A stretch of 25,431 bases of DNA from Polyangiaceae bacterium (GTDB taxonomy: Bacteria; Myxococcota_A; Polyangia; Polyangiales; Polyangiaceae): positions 1 through 25,431 of the forward strand of contig JBGANF010000115.1 in assembly GCA_044222475.1 (NCBI GenBank), in the 5' to 3' direction. Shown here piece after piece: positions 1 to 8,644 of the stretch. Position 1 is the stretch's first letter, and each line of letters begins with the position of its first letter. A program made the translations under genes and the position numbers. Below the pieces are notes generated by a model. It worked only from the letters and a program-made list of their open reading frames with translations, was not told the DNA's origin and made no database searches.

Positions 1-89
1 TGACGTTCGTGTCGCCGGATGGGTGCACCCTGTACGTCTCGAGCACGGCCGAGGGGACGCTGGATCTGTACGTGACGCGCAAGCCTTGA
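1..89 (+). CDS. 3' end of a gene entering from the left; TolB/PD40-like beta-propeller C-terminus
   Basis: Frame from position 3 reads TFVSPDGCTLYVSSTAEGTLDLYVTRKP* (TGA 87-89), resembling the C-terminus of the 1942..3000 protein (VTPDECALYFG...FTVYVARRPL). Confidence 0.7.
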   Translation, partial: TFVSPDGCTLYVSSTAEGTLDLYVTRKP

Positions 90-117
90 GCGTTGCGAAC
101 TCGTCTATACTTCGACG

Positions 118-1089
118 ATGGTGCGGAGGTTCTCGGTCGTCGCCTTCGCGCTGTCGGGCGCGGTCGTCGCCTGCACGGTCCTGACCGATCTAGCCAAGCT
201 GGGCGGCGACGCCGGAGCCGACGCAGCGCCCAACGACGCTGGCGGCGATCGCGATGGAGGGTGCGGCGATCTAGCGACCGATCCGCGAAACTGCGGATCA
301 TGCGGGCACGACTGCCAGGGGGGAGCGTGCATCGGTGGCAGGTGTGCTGCGATCGTGCTCGTCCCCTCGACCGGCGCGAACAAGGCCGATCAAGGGATCG
401 CCGTCACGAAGGACGCGATCTACTGGGCGAGCTTCTACGGCGACAGCATCGTCGGCGTTCGCTTGAACGAGCTCGAAGGTGGCGCGCCCAAGACGTTCGC
501 TTCGGGCGAGCCACACCCCACCGGGTTGATCGCCGATCAAGGGCAGCTCTACTGGACGACCTACGACGACGGCGGGGTGCACCGCGCGCCTCTCGACGGC
601 GGCGCCATCGCGACGTACGTCGCCAATTTGAAGAACCCAGGCTGCTTCGCACTCGACTCGGCGAAGGCCGTCTACGTGTCGCAGTTCAAGGACGGAGGCG
701 TCGTGAGGGCCAATGGGAACACGATCGTGCCGGTGATCGCAGGACACGACGGGCCCTGGGGCGTCGCGCTCGACGGGACCCACCTCTACTGGACCGACTA
801 CGGCGCCGGCGCGGTGTGGCGCTCGGATCTCGACGGCGGGAGCGCCATGTCGATCTCCACCAACGAGGTGCACGCCGGGTGCCTCGCGCTCGACGCCACG
901 CACCTCTATTGGGTCACGGCCGGGGATAGCGACGCGGCGGTGGCAGGGAGCGTCCGGCGATGGCCGCTCGACGGTGGGCCAGTCGAGACCTTCGTCCAGC
1001 TGGGCGCCGAGCTCGGAATCGCCGTGGACGACACCAGCGTGTACTTCTCGAACACGGGCGGCACGCAAATCTACCGCATCGCGAAGTGA
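118..1089 (+). CDS. Lipoprotein with Cys-rich module and YWT-type beta-propeller repeats (323 aa)
   Basis: Signal peptide and lipobox VVAC; DPRNCGSCGHDC...C...C module; repeated IYWA/LYWT/LYWTD/LYWV/VYFS blades. Confidence 0.8.
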   Translation: MVRRFSVVAFALSGAVVACTVLTDLAKLGGDAGADAAPNDAGGDRDGGCGDLATDPRNCGSCGHDCQGGACIGGRCAAIVLVPSTGANKADQGIAVTKDAIYWASFYGDSIVGVRLNELEGGAPKTFASGEPHPTGLIADQGQLYWTTYDDGGVHRAPLDGGAIATYVANLKNPGCFALDSAKAVYVSQFKDGGVVRANGNTIVPVIAGHDGPWGVALDGTHLYWTDYGAGAVWRSDLDGGSAMSISTNEVHAGCLALDATHLYWVTAGDSDAAVAGSVRRWPLDGGPVETFVQLGAELGIAVDDTSVYFSNTGGTQIYRIAK

Positions 1090-1099
1090 GCTCGGGCGT

Positions 1100-1570
1100 T
1101 CAGCGCAGGTCGAGTCGCTCCGTGCGCCACTGCGGGTCGTACTCCGCGTCCGGTGCGTGGCGCCGGATCTCTTCGAGCACGCGGGCGAAATCCGAAGAGG
1201 CGTACACGTCCAACTCGGATCCGTCGCGGAGCTGAAGCACGATCCACGTGTAGCGCGCCACCGTCTCGCCGCGCATGGATGACTCGGTCTGTTTGGGGAA
1301 CACTCGAGCGATCGAGCCGGCATCGGTGCGAAGGATCCGGCCGATCTTCGCGTCCACTCGGGTGCGGAGCACGAGGAGGCCCAGCCCCATGGCGGCGACG
1401 CAGACGACAAGTATGCCGACCGCGATCATCGGGCCTTCGACTTCGCCGCCGACCCCCACGTACACGCCGAAGGCGATCGTCCCGAAGCCCCCGGCGATCG
1501 CCAGCCAGCGGTAGATGGAGCGAAGCTTCCGGCCGTTGGCCTCGAGCGCGGGGAAGCGGAGTTGGGATTC
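1100..1570 (-). CDS. Hypothetical two-TM membrane protein; start uncertain, frame runs up to the tRNA 3' end
   Basis: ORF track start is GTG 1465, but the frame stays open upstream (ESQLRFPALEANGRKLRSIYRWLAIAGGFGTIAFG), adding a first TM helix before PMIAVGILVVCVAAMGLGLLVL. Confidence 0.6.
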   Translation of the reverse strand, partial: ESQLRFPALEANGRKLRSIYRWLAIAGGFGTIAFGVYVGVGGEVEGPMIAVGILVVCVAAMGLGLLVLRTRVDAKIGRILRTDAGSIARVFPKQTESSMRGETVARYTWIVLQLRDGSELDVYASSDFARVLEEIRRHAPDAEYDPQWRTERLDLR

Positions 1571-1571
1571 T

Positions 1572-1645
1572 TGGCTCGGGCGCAGAGATTCGAACTCCGA
1601 TAAGAGGAATCAAAATCCTCTGTCCTGCCATTAGACGACGCCCGA
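1572..1645 (-). tRNA. tRNA-Gln(TTG), copy 1
   Basis: Minus strand folds as TCGGGCG/CGCCCGA acceptor stem, D arm GTC-TAATGGCAG-GAC, anticodon arm GAGGA-TT TTG AT-TCCTC, T arm CGGAG-TTCGAAT-CTCTG, discriminator G, encoded CCA; 74 nt. Confidence 0.96.
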
Positions 1646-1711
1646 AAAGCTGAAAAGCCGGCTGAACCTAGCGAAAATGGGGCTCCCGGGGAAGCCCGTT
1701 GCGACGATTCT

Positions 1712-1785
1712 TGGCTCGGGCGCAGAGATTCGAACTCCGATAAGAGGAATCAAAATCCTCTGTCCTGCCATTAGACGACGCCCGA
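1712..1785 (-). tRNA. tRNA-Gln(TTG), copy 2, identical to copy 1
   Basis: Same 74-nt sequence 140 bp away. Confidence 0.93.
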
Positions 1786-1804
1786 AAAGCTGAAAAGCCG
1801 GCTG

Positions 1805-1833
1805 AACCTAGCGAAAATGGGGCTCCCGGGGAA
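1805..1833 (-). promoter_or_regulatory. Possible sigma70-type promoter for tRNA-Gln (also duplicated at 1665..1693)
   Basis: Minus strand TTCCCC-17 nt-TAGGTT, 19 nt upstream of the tRNA 5' end; -35 match is weak. Confidence 0.3.
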
Positions 1834-1941
1834 GCCCGTTGCGACGAAGGGCCGACCTGGACGGACGAGCCTTCCGAGGAAGGCATGACACCAAAATGCT
1901 CACGCGGGTAGGCCTTGCCCGTTGGCCCCGAGTCCGTGACC

Positions 1942-3000
1942 ATGGGCCTGATGCCCCATTCTCGCCTTACGCTTCTTTCGGTACTCGCCACGTTCTCGCT
2001 CTCCGTTGGCCTCATCCGCTGCTCGACCGACGAGTTCTCCGGGACCGACGCCGGCACCGACGCACCCGTCGGGACCGACTCGGCGACCGACGCGCCGGCG
2101 CCCGACACCGGCACCGACGCTCCGCGCGACGTCGCGAGCGACGCGATCACCGACGCCGACGCCGGGCCTCCGGCGAACTGCGACAAGTTGAAGGCCTTCG
2201 GCGCTCCGACCAAGCTCACCGTCTCCGCGGTGGACGTAGTCGTCGACGTCTTTGGGTCGTTCCACATCGATCCCACCGAGAAACACGCGTGGTTCTCCCA
2301 GAGCAACCAGATCCGCCAGTACGATGTCTCGGGCACGACGCTCACGTTGGATTCGACCATCCCGCCGATCGGCTCCCAACGCGGGTTCGGCGTCTCGGCG
2401 AACGGCCTCGAGCTCGTCTACACGACGCCGCCGGCGAACGTCGTCCGTTACACCCGCGCGAACCTCACCTCGGCCTGGAGCAACTTCGTCGTCGTCGACG
2501 TGCCGATGGCCGCGCCCGACGGCGCCGCCTACCAGGAGTACTACCACCCGAGCCACCTCGGAAACGGACCGACGTTCTACTTTGGGCGCTTCGTCTACTA
2601 CACCTCCTCGCCGAGCGAGTGGGACATCGTCCGCGCCACGCAGACCGACGCCGCCTCCTACGCTCCGGTCATCCAGAGCGGTCTGCACGCGAACAACTTC
2701 GCGTTCGTCAACGAGCCGGTGCTCGCCGACGACCTCACGATGTACCTCGCGCGGTGGGGCGATGGCATCACGGCGTACCCGCGGCTCGCGAGGTCGACCC
2801 GCGCCAACGCGCAGTCGCCGTGGAGCGCGCCGACGGCCGTTCCGATGCCGCCGCTGCCGTTCGGCCCCAACGACACGTTGAAGCCGTACGCCGTCACCCC
2901 CGACGAGTGCGCGCTCTACTTCGGGTACAACCCATCCGTCGACGGCTCGGCCAGTATGTCGGGCCCGTTCACCGTCTACGTCGCCCGACGCCCGCTCTGA
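1942..3000 (+). CDS. Secreted/lipoprotein with TDA-rich linker and TolB/PD40-like beta-propeller
   Basis: Hydrophobic N-terminus ending in LIRC; low-complexity GTDAGTDAPVGTDSATDAP linker; SANGLELVY, LADDLTMYL and TPDECALYF repeats. Start is ATG 1942 or 1951 (ORF track gives 1915). Confidence 0.7.
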   Translation: MGLMPHSRLTLLSVLATFSLSVGLIRCSTDEFSGTDAGTDAPVGTDSATDAPAPDTGTDAPRDVASDAITDADAGPPANCDKLKAFGAPTKLTVSAVDVVVDVFGSFHIDPTEKHAWFSQSNQIRQYDVSGTTLTLDSTIPPIGSQRGFGVSANGLELVYTTPPANVVRYTRANLTSAWSNFVVVDVPMAAPDGAAYQEYYHPSHLGNGPTFYFGRFVYYTSSPSEWDIVRATQTDAASYAPVIQSGLHANNFAFVNEPVLADDLTMYLARWGDGITAYPRLARSTRANAQSPWSAPTAVPMPPLPFGPNDTLKPYAVTPDECALYFGYNPSVDGSASMSGPFTVYVARRPL

Positions 3001-3012
3001 GCTCCGCTCGGC

Positions 3013-5262
3013 TCACTGGGCCGACGACTGACTCAGCGCGAACGCCAGCTCGTCCGCGACCTTCTCGACGCTCGCGCTGATCAGATCCGCGCCGCCGTGA
3101 CCCGAGTGGTGCTCGACCCGTAGCAGCACGATCCCGCCGCCCGACTCCGCCTGCAGCCGCGCCGCGAATTTCCGCGCGTGCATCGGGTCGACGCGATCGT
3201 CCGCGTCGGCCGTGAGCATCAGCACCGCGGGGTACTTCGCGCCGTGCGTCACGTGCTGGTACGGCGAGTACGCGTAGATCGACTTGAAGTCCTCTTCCTT
3301 CTCGGCCGAGCCGTACTCGTCGATCCACGTCTTGCCGCTGCCGAACAGGTGGTAGCGCACCATGTCGAGGAGGGGCACGCCGCACAGCCCCACCGCGAAC
3401 AGCTCGGGGCGCTGCGTGATCGCCGCGCCCACCAGCAGCCCGCCGTTCGACGCGCCGCGGATCGTGATGCGGTCCGCGCGCGAGTACTTGTCGGCCGCGA
3501 CCTTCTCGAGCACGGCGTAGAAATCGTCGAAGACGTTCTGCTTCTTGTGGCCCATCCCGGCTTCGTGCCAGGTCTCGCCGTACTCGTCGCCGCCGCGCAA
3601 GTTCGTGACGACGTAGATGCCGCCGCGCTCGAGCCACGGATACGCGCTCGACGTGAACGCGGGGCGCTGCCCGGCGAGGAACCCGCCGTAGCCGTACACG
3701 AGCGCGCGCGCGTTGCCGTCGGGCGTGAAGTCTTTGCCGCGAACGACGAAGTACGGGACCTTCGTGCCGTCCTTCGACGTCGCGAAGAGCTGCTCGACGA
3801 CGTACTTCGACGGATCGACCGGGGTGTTCATCTTGTAATGCAGCGACGTCTTCCCGGTCTTCACGTCGATCTCGTAGATCTCGGTCGGATACGTGAACGA
3901 CGTGAACGAGTAGTACGCCTCGGGATCGTCGGGGTTGCCCTGCAGCACCGACGCGCTGCCGACGGTCGGCAGCGGCACTTCGCGCACGAGCTTGCCGTCG
4001 AGCGAGTGCAGCTCGAGCTTGGTCTGCACGTCCTTCAGGTAGTCGAGGGCGAGCATGTCGCCGACGATGTTGAACGTGGTGAGCGCGGCGTCCTTCCGCT
4101 CGGGGACGATCTCGACCCAGTCGGCGCGGAGCGGCTTGCTGGGATCGACGCGGAAGATCCGGCCGTTCGGCGCGCCCTCGTCCGTCTTCACGTAGAACTT
4201 GTCGCGCCAGGCGTACACGCCGTACTTCGCCTTCTTGCCCACCGCGAGCGGCGTCCAGTCCTTGGGCTCGCCCTTGCGCAGATCTTTGTAGAATACATCG
4301 GTCGCGGACCAGCCGTGCTCGACGTAGGCGAAGAGGTAGTGCCCGTCCCGGCTCATCTCGCCGGCGAGGAACGTCTTCGGGTCGCCGGTCTTCGGGTGGA
4401 CCACGCGATCCTTCTTCTGATCGTCACCGAGCTTGTGCCAGCGCAGCTCGGCGTAGCCGGGGCGGTCGGCGATGGTCACCGTCTTGCCGTCGATGACGGC
4501 GCCCACCTGGGGCACGAACGTGTAGAGGAAGCCGTCGTTCTTGGGCGACCACGACGCGCTGGAGTACTTCGCGCCTTCGAGCACGTCGACCGCGCTGTCC
4601 TTGCCGGTCGTCACGTCCATCACGTACATCGTCGCTTCGTCGGAGTTGTTCGCCTTCTTCGCGTAGGCGACGAGCTTGCCGTCGTGCGACGGCTGCCACG
4701 CGCCGAGGCTCACGCTCCCGTCCTTCGACCATGCGTTCGGGTCGAGCAGGATCCGCTCCGCGCCGGTCTTTCCTTCGCGCACCCAGACGACGGACTTCTC
4801 CTGTTTGGCCTCGCGCTTCGAGTAGAAGTAGCGCTTGCCGGACTTGTCCGGGATGCCGCGCGACTCGACGTAGAACAGCTCGGCCAGGCGCGCCGCGATC
4901 GCGTCGCGCTCGGGCAGCGCCTTGAGCTTGGCGCGACCGTACTCGTCTTGGACCTTGAGCCACGCTTGGACGTCGTCGGCCTTGCCGTCCTCCAGCCAGC
5001 GGTAGGGGTCGGTCATGGTGACGCCGAACAGGGTCTCGGTGACGGGCGTCTTCTTGGTGGGGGGATAGTCGAATCGGCTCATGGGGGTGAGTGCAGCGTC
5101 GGGGGTTGGGATCGCGGCGTCTTGGCCAAGGTCGACGGTCGGAGTGACGGTGGGTTTGGGCTCGCCGCACGCGCCGGCGAAGAGGGCGATCCACGCCGCG
5201 AGAAGGAGAGGAGCGGGAGCGGGAGTGGGAGCGGGAGCGGGAGCGGGATGACGAGACCGCAT
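3013..5262 (-). CDS. Prolyl oligopeptidase, family S9A, probable lipoprotein (749 aa)
   Basis: DPYRWLE N-terminal motif, YGYGGF, NLRGGDEYGETWH, catalytic GASNGG (Ser), DDRV (Asp), SGHG (His); lipobox AGAC. Confidence 0.95.
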   Translation of the reverse strand: MRSRHPAPAPAPTPAPAPLLLAAWIALFAGACGEPKPTVTPTVDLGQDAAIPTPDAALTPMSRFDYPPTKKTPVTETLFGVTMTDPYRWLEDGKADDVQAWLKVQDEYGRAKLKALPERDAIAARLAELFYVESRGIPDKSGKRYFYSKREAKQEKSVVWVREGKTGAERILLDPNAWSKDGSVSLGAWQPSHDGKLVAYAKKANNSDEATMYVMDVTTGKDSAVDVLEGAKYSSASWSPKNDGFLYTFVPQVGAVIDGKTVTIADRPGYAELRWHKLGDDQKKDRVVHPKTGDPKTFLAGEMSRDGHYLFAYVEHGWSATDVFYKDLRKGEPKDWTPLAVGKKAKYGVYAWRDKFYVKTDEGAPNGRIFRVDPSKPLRADWVEIVPERKDAALTTFNIVGDMLALDYLKDVQTKLELHSLDGKLVREVPLPTVGSASVLQGNPDDPEAYYSFTSFTYPTEIYEIDVKTGKTSLHYKMNTPVDPSKYVVEQLFATSKDGTKVPYFVVRGKDFTPDGNARALVYGYGGFLAGQRPAFTSSAYPWLERGGIYVVTNLRGGDEYGETWHEAGMGHKKQNVFDDFYAVLEKVAADKYSRADRITIRGASNGGLLVGAAITQRPELFAVGLCGVPLLDMVRYHLFGSGKTWIDEYGSAEKEEDFKSIYAYSPYQHVTHGAKYPAVLMLTADADDRVDPMHARKFAARLQAESGGGIVLLRVEHHSGHGGADLISASVEKVADELAFALSQSSAQ
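5210..5245. repeat. Six-unit hexamer repeat (GGAGCG) encoding the PAPAPAPTPAPAP stretch of the peptidase N-terminus
   Basis: Six units read directly; one is GGAGTG. Confidence 0.85.
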
Positions 5263-5331
5263 GGCGAGCCACTGTAAGGCGTTGACCCCTCGAAATCGGC
5301 AAAATTCGGGCTATGCTCCGCGGCTCCCAAG

Positions 5332-6042
5332 ATGGCCAAACGCACCGGTATGAAGCGCGATCGACGCGAGCGTCGATTCGTCCCCCAGTCCACGATGAAC
5401 GTGAAGGTGATCTACGCCCTCGGGATCGTCGGTGGCCTCACGTTGGGGGCGGGCTTCTTCGCTCAGTTCGGAAACGCGTTCCGCAAGGTCGAGATCGAGC
5501 CGCTCGCTCAGGCGCCGTGGATCATCGCCGCGGGTGCGCTCGTCCTCGGCGTCGCGATCTGGCTCGGCACGAGCGCGGCTCCGGCGCTGCGCGTCGGCGC
5601 CGGCGGCGTCGCCGAAGAGCGGCTCGGGCGCCGCATCCCGTGGTGGGCGGTCCAGTCGATCGACGGCGACGCCTCCCAGGTCGACGTGCGCGGCAAGGCC
5701 GAAAACGGCGACGTCATCACGATCAGCTTCGAGCGCCGCGCCGTCCCTGGCGCGCTCGCGTGGGTCCTGAAAGAGGCGCGGGCGCGCATCCCCGAGAAGC
5801 TCGAGATCGACGACGAAGAGGCGGGCGCGATCGGACAGGCCAGCAAGACCGTGGGCGAAGAGATGGCGTGTCCACCGCTCCAGGTCGTCGGCAAGAAGTG
5901 CGGCAAGAGCGGCAAGACGATCGCATACGAGCCCGACGCGCGGGTCTGCCCCAAGTGCGAGCTCGTCTATCACCGCCAGCACGTCCCCAAGACGTGCGCC
6001 TGCGGGAACAACCTCCAGGCGCTCCGCGAGAAGGCGGCATGA
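5332..6042 (+). CDS. Two-TM membrane protein with C-terminal Cys/His zinc-finger-like domain (236 aa)
   Basis: Two hydrophobic helices; C-terminus CGKSG...VCPKCELVYHRQH...CACG; stop overlaps next start (ATGA). Confidence 0.75.
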   Translation: MAKRTGMKRDRRERRFVPQSTMNVKVIYALGIVGGLTLGAGFFAQFGNAFRKVEIEPLAQAPWIIAAGALVLGVAIWLGTSAAPALRVGAGGVAEERLGRRIPWWAVQSIDGDASQVDVRGKAENGDVITISFERRAVPGALAWVLKEARARIPEKLEIDDEEAGAIGQASKTVGEEMACPPLQVVGKKCGKSGKTIAYEPDARVCPKCELVYHRQHVPKTCACGNNLQALREKAA

Positions 6043-6797
6043 ACGGGCTCGCGGGGACCTCGGTCCTCGTCACCGGCGCGAGCAAGGGCATCGGCGCCGA
6101 GGCGGCGCGCGCCTTCGCGGCCGCCGGGGCCGACGTGGCGGTCCACTACCGCTTCGACCGCGCAGGCGCCGACTCGGTCGTCGCCGATTGTACCAAGTTG
6201 GGACGAAGGGCTCACGCCATCGCCGCAGACTTGTCCCGCTGGGACGAGGGCGAGAGGCTCGTGGCCGAAGCCGAGGCCACCCTCGGCCCGATCGATCACG
6301 TCGTCATCAACCACGGCATCTGGAAGGAGTCGGCGATCGAGTCGATGACCGCCGCCCTCTACGACGAGATGATGGACGCGAACGTGCGCGGCGCGTTCTC
6401 GGTCGCCGGCGCGGCGGTGAAGCGAATGAAGCCGCGCAAGCGGGGGCACCTGCTCTTCGTCGCGTCGACCGCCGGTCAGCGCGGCGAGGCGCTGCACTCG
6501 CACTACGCCGCGAGCAAGGGCGCGCTCATCAGCTTGACCAAGAGCCTGTCCAGCGAGCTCGCGCCTTTCGGGATCCGCGCCAACTGCGTCGCTCCCGGCT
6601 GGGTCCTGACGCCGATGAGCGAAGCCGCCCTCGACGATCCCGACGAAAAGAGGAAGGTTCTCGCGACGATTCCCCTCGGCCGCGTTGGGACGACGGAACA
6701 AATCGCCGCGCCGATCGTCTTTCTATGTACCGAGGGTGCAGGCTTCGTGACGGGGGAGATCTTCAACGTGAACGGCGGCGCGGTGCTGGTCGGATGA
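6039..6797 (+). CDS. Short-chain dehydrogenase/reductase, FabG-like (252 aa)
   Basis: TGASKGIG, YAASK catalytic motif, NCVAPG, VNGG; ATG 6039 overlaps upstream TGA. Confidence 0.93.
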   Translation: MNGLAGTSVLVTGASKGIGAEAARAFAAAGADVAVHYRFDRAGADSVVADCTKLGRRAHAIAADLSRWDEGERLVAEAEATLGPIDHVVINHGIWKESAIESMTAALYDEMMDANVRGAFSVAGAAVKRMKPRKRGHLLFVASTAGQRGEALHSHYAASKGALISLTKSLSSELAPFGIRANCVAPGWVLTPMSEAALDDPDEKRKVLATIPLGRVGTTEQIAAPIVFLCTEGAGFVTGEIFNVNGGAVLVG

Positions 6798-6804
6798 GCG
6801 GAGA

Positions 6805-7683
6805 ATGACGATGGCGAAGGTTTGCGTGATCGGAACGGGGACGATGGGGCAGGGGATCGCGCAGCTCGCGGCCGGTCGCGGCTTCGAGACCCGCGTGGTC
6901 GACGTCGACGAAGCGCGCGCGAAGGCCGCCGTCGAGGCCGTAGGCGTGCAGCTCGGCAAGCTGGTCGCGAAAGGGAAGCTCACCGAGGCCGACCGCGCGG
7001 AGACCGTCAGCCGGCTGACGGTTGCCAAGGACCTGTCAGGTGCGTGCGCCGGGGTCGACTACGTCATCGAAGCCGTGCCGGAGGACATGGGGCTCAAGGT
7101 CGACCTCTTCCGGAAGGTCATCGAGTCCTCGCCGAAGACGGCGCTGCTCGGCTCCAACACGTCGTCGCTCAGCTTGACCGAGCTCGGCGCGAAGATCGGC
7201 GCGCCCGAGCGGACCGTGGGTCTCCACTTCTTCAACCCGCCGCCGGTGATGGAGCTCCTCGAGATCGTCCGCGGGCTGTCCACGTCGAAGGAGACCGTGG
7301 AGCGCTCGCTCGCCTTCGCCAAGGAGCTCGGCAAGACGCCGATCGTCGTGAACGACACGCCGGGGTTCGCCTCGAGTCGGCTCGGCGTCATCCTCGGCGC
7401 GGAAGCGATCCGCATGCTCGAGAGCGGGGTTGCCTCCGCGGTCGACATCGACAAGGCGATGGAGCTCGGTTATCGCCACCCGATGGGTCCGCTCAAGCTG
7501 ACCGATCTCGTCGGCCTCGACGTGCGCCTCGCGATCCTCGATCACCTCACGCGGGAGGTCGGTGAGCAGTTCCGCGCGCCGCCGCTCCTCCGCAAGATGG
7601 TGCGCGCCGGAAAGCTCGGGAAGAAGACCGGCGAAGGGTTCTACCTCTGGAAGGACGGCGTCCCCGTGCCGAAGGACGGATGA
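6805..7683 (+). CDS. 3-hydroxyacyl/3-hydroxybutyryl-CoA dehydrogenase (Hbd/PaaH family)
   Basis: GTGTMGQGIA Rossmann motif, EAVPE, SNTSS, GLHFFNP, PGF, PMGPL..DLVGLD, GKKTGEGFY. Confidence 0.95.
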   Translation: MTMAKVCVIGTGTMGQGIAQLAAGRGFETRVVDVDEARAKAAVEAVGVQLGKLVAKGKLTEADRAETVSRLTVAKDLSGACAGVDYVIEAVPEDMGLKVDLFRKVIESSPKTALLGSNTSSLSLTELGAKIGAPERTVGLHFFNPPPVMELLEIVRGLSTSKETVERSLAFAKELGKTPIVVNDTPGFASSRLGVILGAEAIRMLESGVASAVDIDKAMELGYRHPMGPLKLTDLVGLDVRLAILDHLTREVGEQFRAPPLLRKMVRAGKLGKKTGEGFYLWKDGVPVPKDG

Positions 7684-8510
7684 AGGTTCGCCTCGCCTCG
7701 CTCGCGCTCGTCGCGCTCTGCCTCGCGGTCGCGCCGCCGCTCGTCGGTTGCGGCGGGAACCAGGGCGCGGGCGCGGCGGACGCGACGCGGCCTCCGCCGA
7801 AGGAGGTGCTGTCGATGCCGGTGCGAGTCCAGACGGGCTCGCACGGGGCGTTCTCCGCCGCCCTCGCCGACGGCCTCGCGCGGGCGGGCTTCACCGTGCA
7901 GACGGATCCGAGCGCGCCGGCCGAGATCATCCTCGTCCCGCAGGTCACCTTCAGCCAGAGCACGAGCGCGTTTCAGGTCACGGTGAACGGCCGCACGAAG
8001 ATGCACGTCAGCGTGTCGGTGGCCGTGTCGTGCGGGGGCCAGACGGCCGACGTGCTGCATGCAGAATACAATGATTACGAGGACGCCCCTCCCGACGACG
8101 AGGCGATGGCGACTCTCGTGCTCGCGTATGCCCACTCGGGGCGGGTCGCGGCGTTCGCGAAGTCGCGCGTGGCCGCCGCGCAAGCGGCGACGAACGAAGA
8201 GCAGGAGTGGATTTCGGTCGACTCGGGGAAGTGCGCGAACCCGACGACGCTGAGCGCCTGCGACGACGTGCGGCAGTATTTGAAGAACCACCCGCAGGGG
8301 AAGCACGCGTCGGAGGCGACGCGCATCCTCGGGCAGGCGGGCGGCCAGCTCGACAAGCTGCAGAAGGACGAGACCGCGTGGCAGAACGCGGGGGCCGCCG
8401 ACTGCCGCAAGAAGAAATCGCGGGAGACGTGCGTCGGGATCGAGGTCTATCTCACGAAGTACCCGAACGGGCTCCATGCGCAGGAGGCGCACTCGCTGCT
8501 CGGCAAGTAG
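7680..8510 (+). CDS. Hypothetical lipoprotein with two Cys-containing helical repeats
   Basis: Lipobox LVGC; repeats C...C..V.QYLKNHPQGKHASEA and C...C..IEVYLTKYPNGLHAQEA; ATGA overlap. Confidence 0.75.
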   Translation: MKVRLASLALVALCLAVAPPLVGCGGNQGAGAADATRPPPKEVLSMPVRVQTGSHGAFSAALADGLARAGFTVQTDPSAPAEIILVPQVTFSQSTSAFQVTVNGRTKMHVSVSVAVSCGGQTADVLHAEYNDYEDAPPDDEAMATLVLAYAHSGRVAAFAKSRVAAAQAATNEEQEWISVDSGKCANPTTLSACDDVRQYLKNHPQGKHASEATRILGQAGGQLDKLQKDETAWQNAGAADCRKKKSRETCVGIEVYLTKYPNGLHAQEAHSLLGK

Positions 8511-8600
8511 GGTTGGCGCGTCTTGCGCAGGCTTCTGAGAGGTTCTGGCTGCCGAAAATCAAAACGAGGCAGAAGCTCTGCGCCCGACGCCCCGACCCAC
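8507..8600. repeat. Imperfect ~30-bp inverted repeat between convergent genes
   Basis: Left arm GTAGGGTTGGCGCGTCTTGCGCAG-GCTTCTG versus reverse complement of right arm GT-GGGTCGGGGCGTCGGGCGCAGAGCTTCTG. Confidence 0.6.
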
Positions 8601-8644
8601 CAGCCGAAGAAGTCTGCGATCGAAGCGACCACCTCCACCAGTCG

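Larger units (their letters stand above)
1566..1847. repeat. Perfect 140-bp tandem duplication containing the tRNA-Gln and its upstream region
   Basis: 1566..1705 equals 1706..1845, with 2-bp GA microhomology at the junction (identity extends to 1847). Confidence 0.95.

Noticed and set aside
3013..5262. Prolyl oligopeptidase as leader peptidase for the LanM-like enzyme
   Set aside because: Over 6 kb away, separated by unrelated genes, and looks like an ordinary exported S9A peptidase.
5282..5317. TTGACC...TATGCT promoter for the 5332 operon
   Set aside because: Spacing is 24 nt, too long for a -35/-10 pair; only the -10-like box is plausible.
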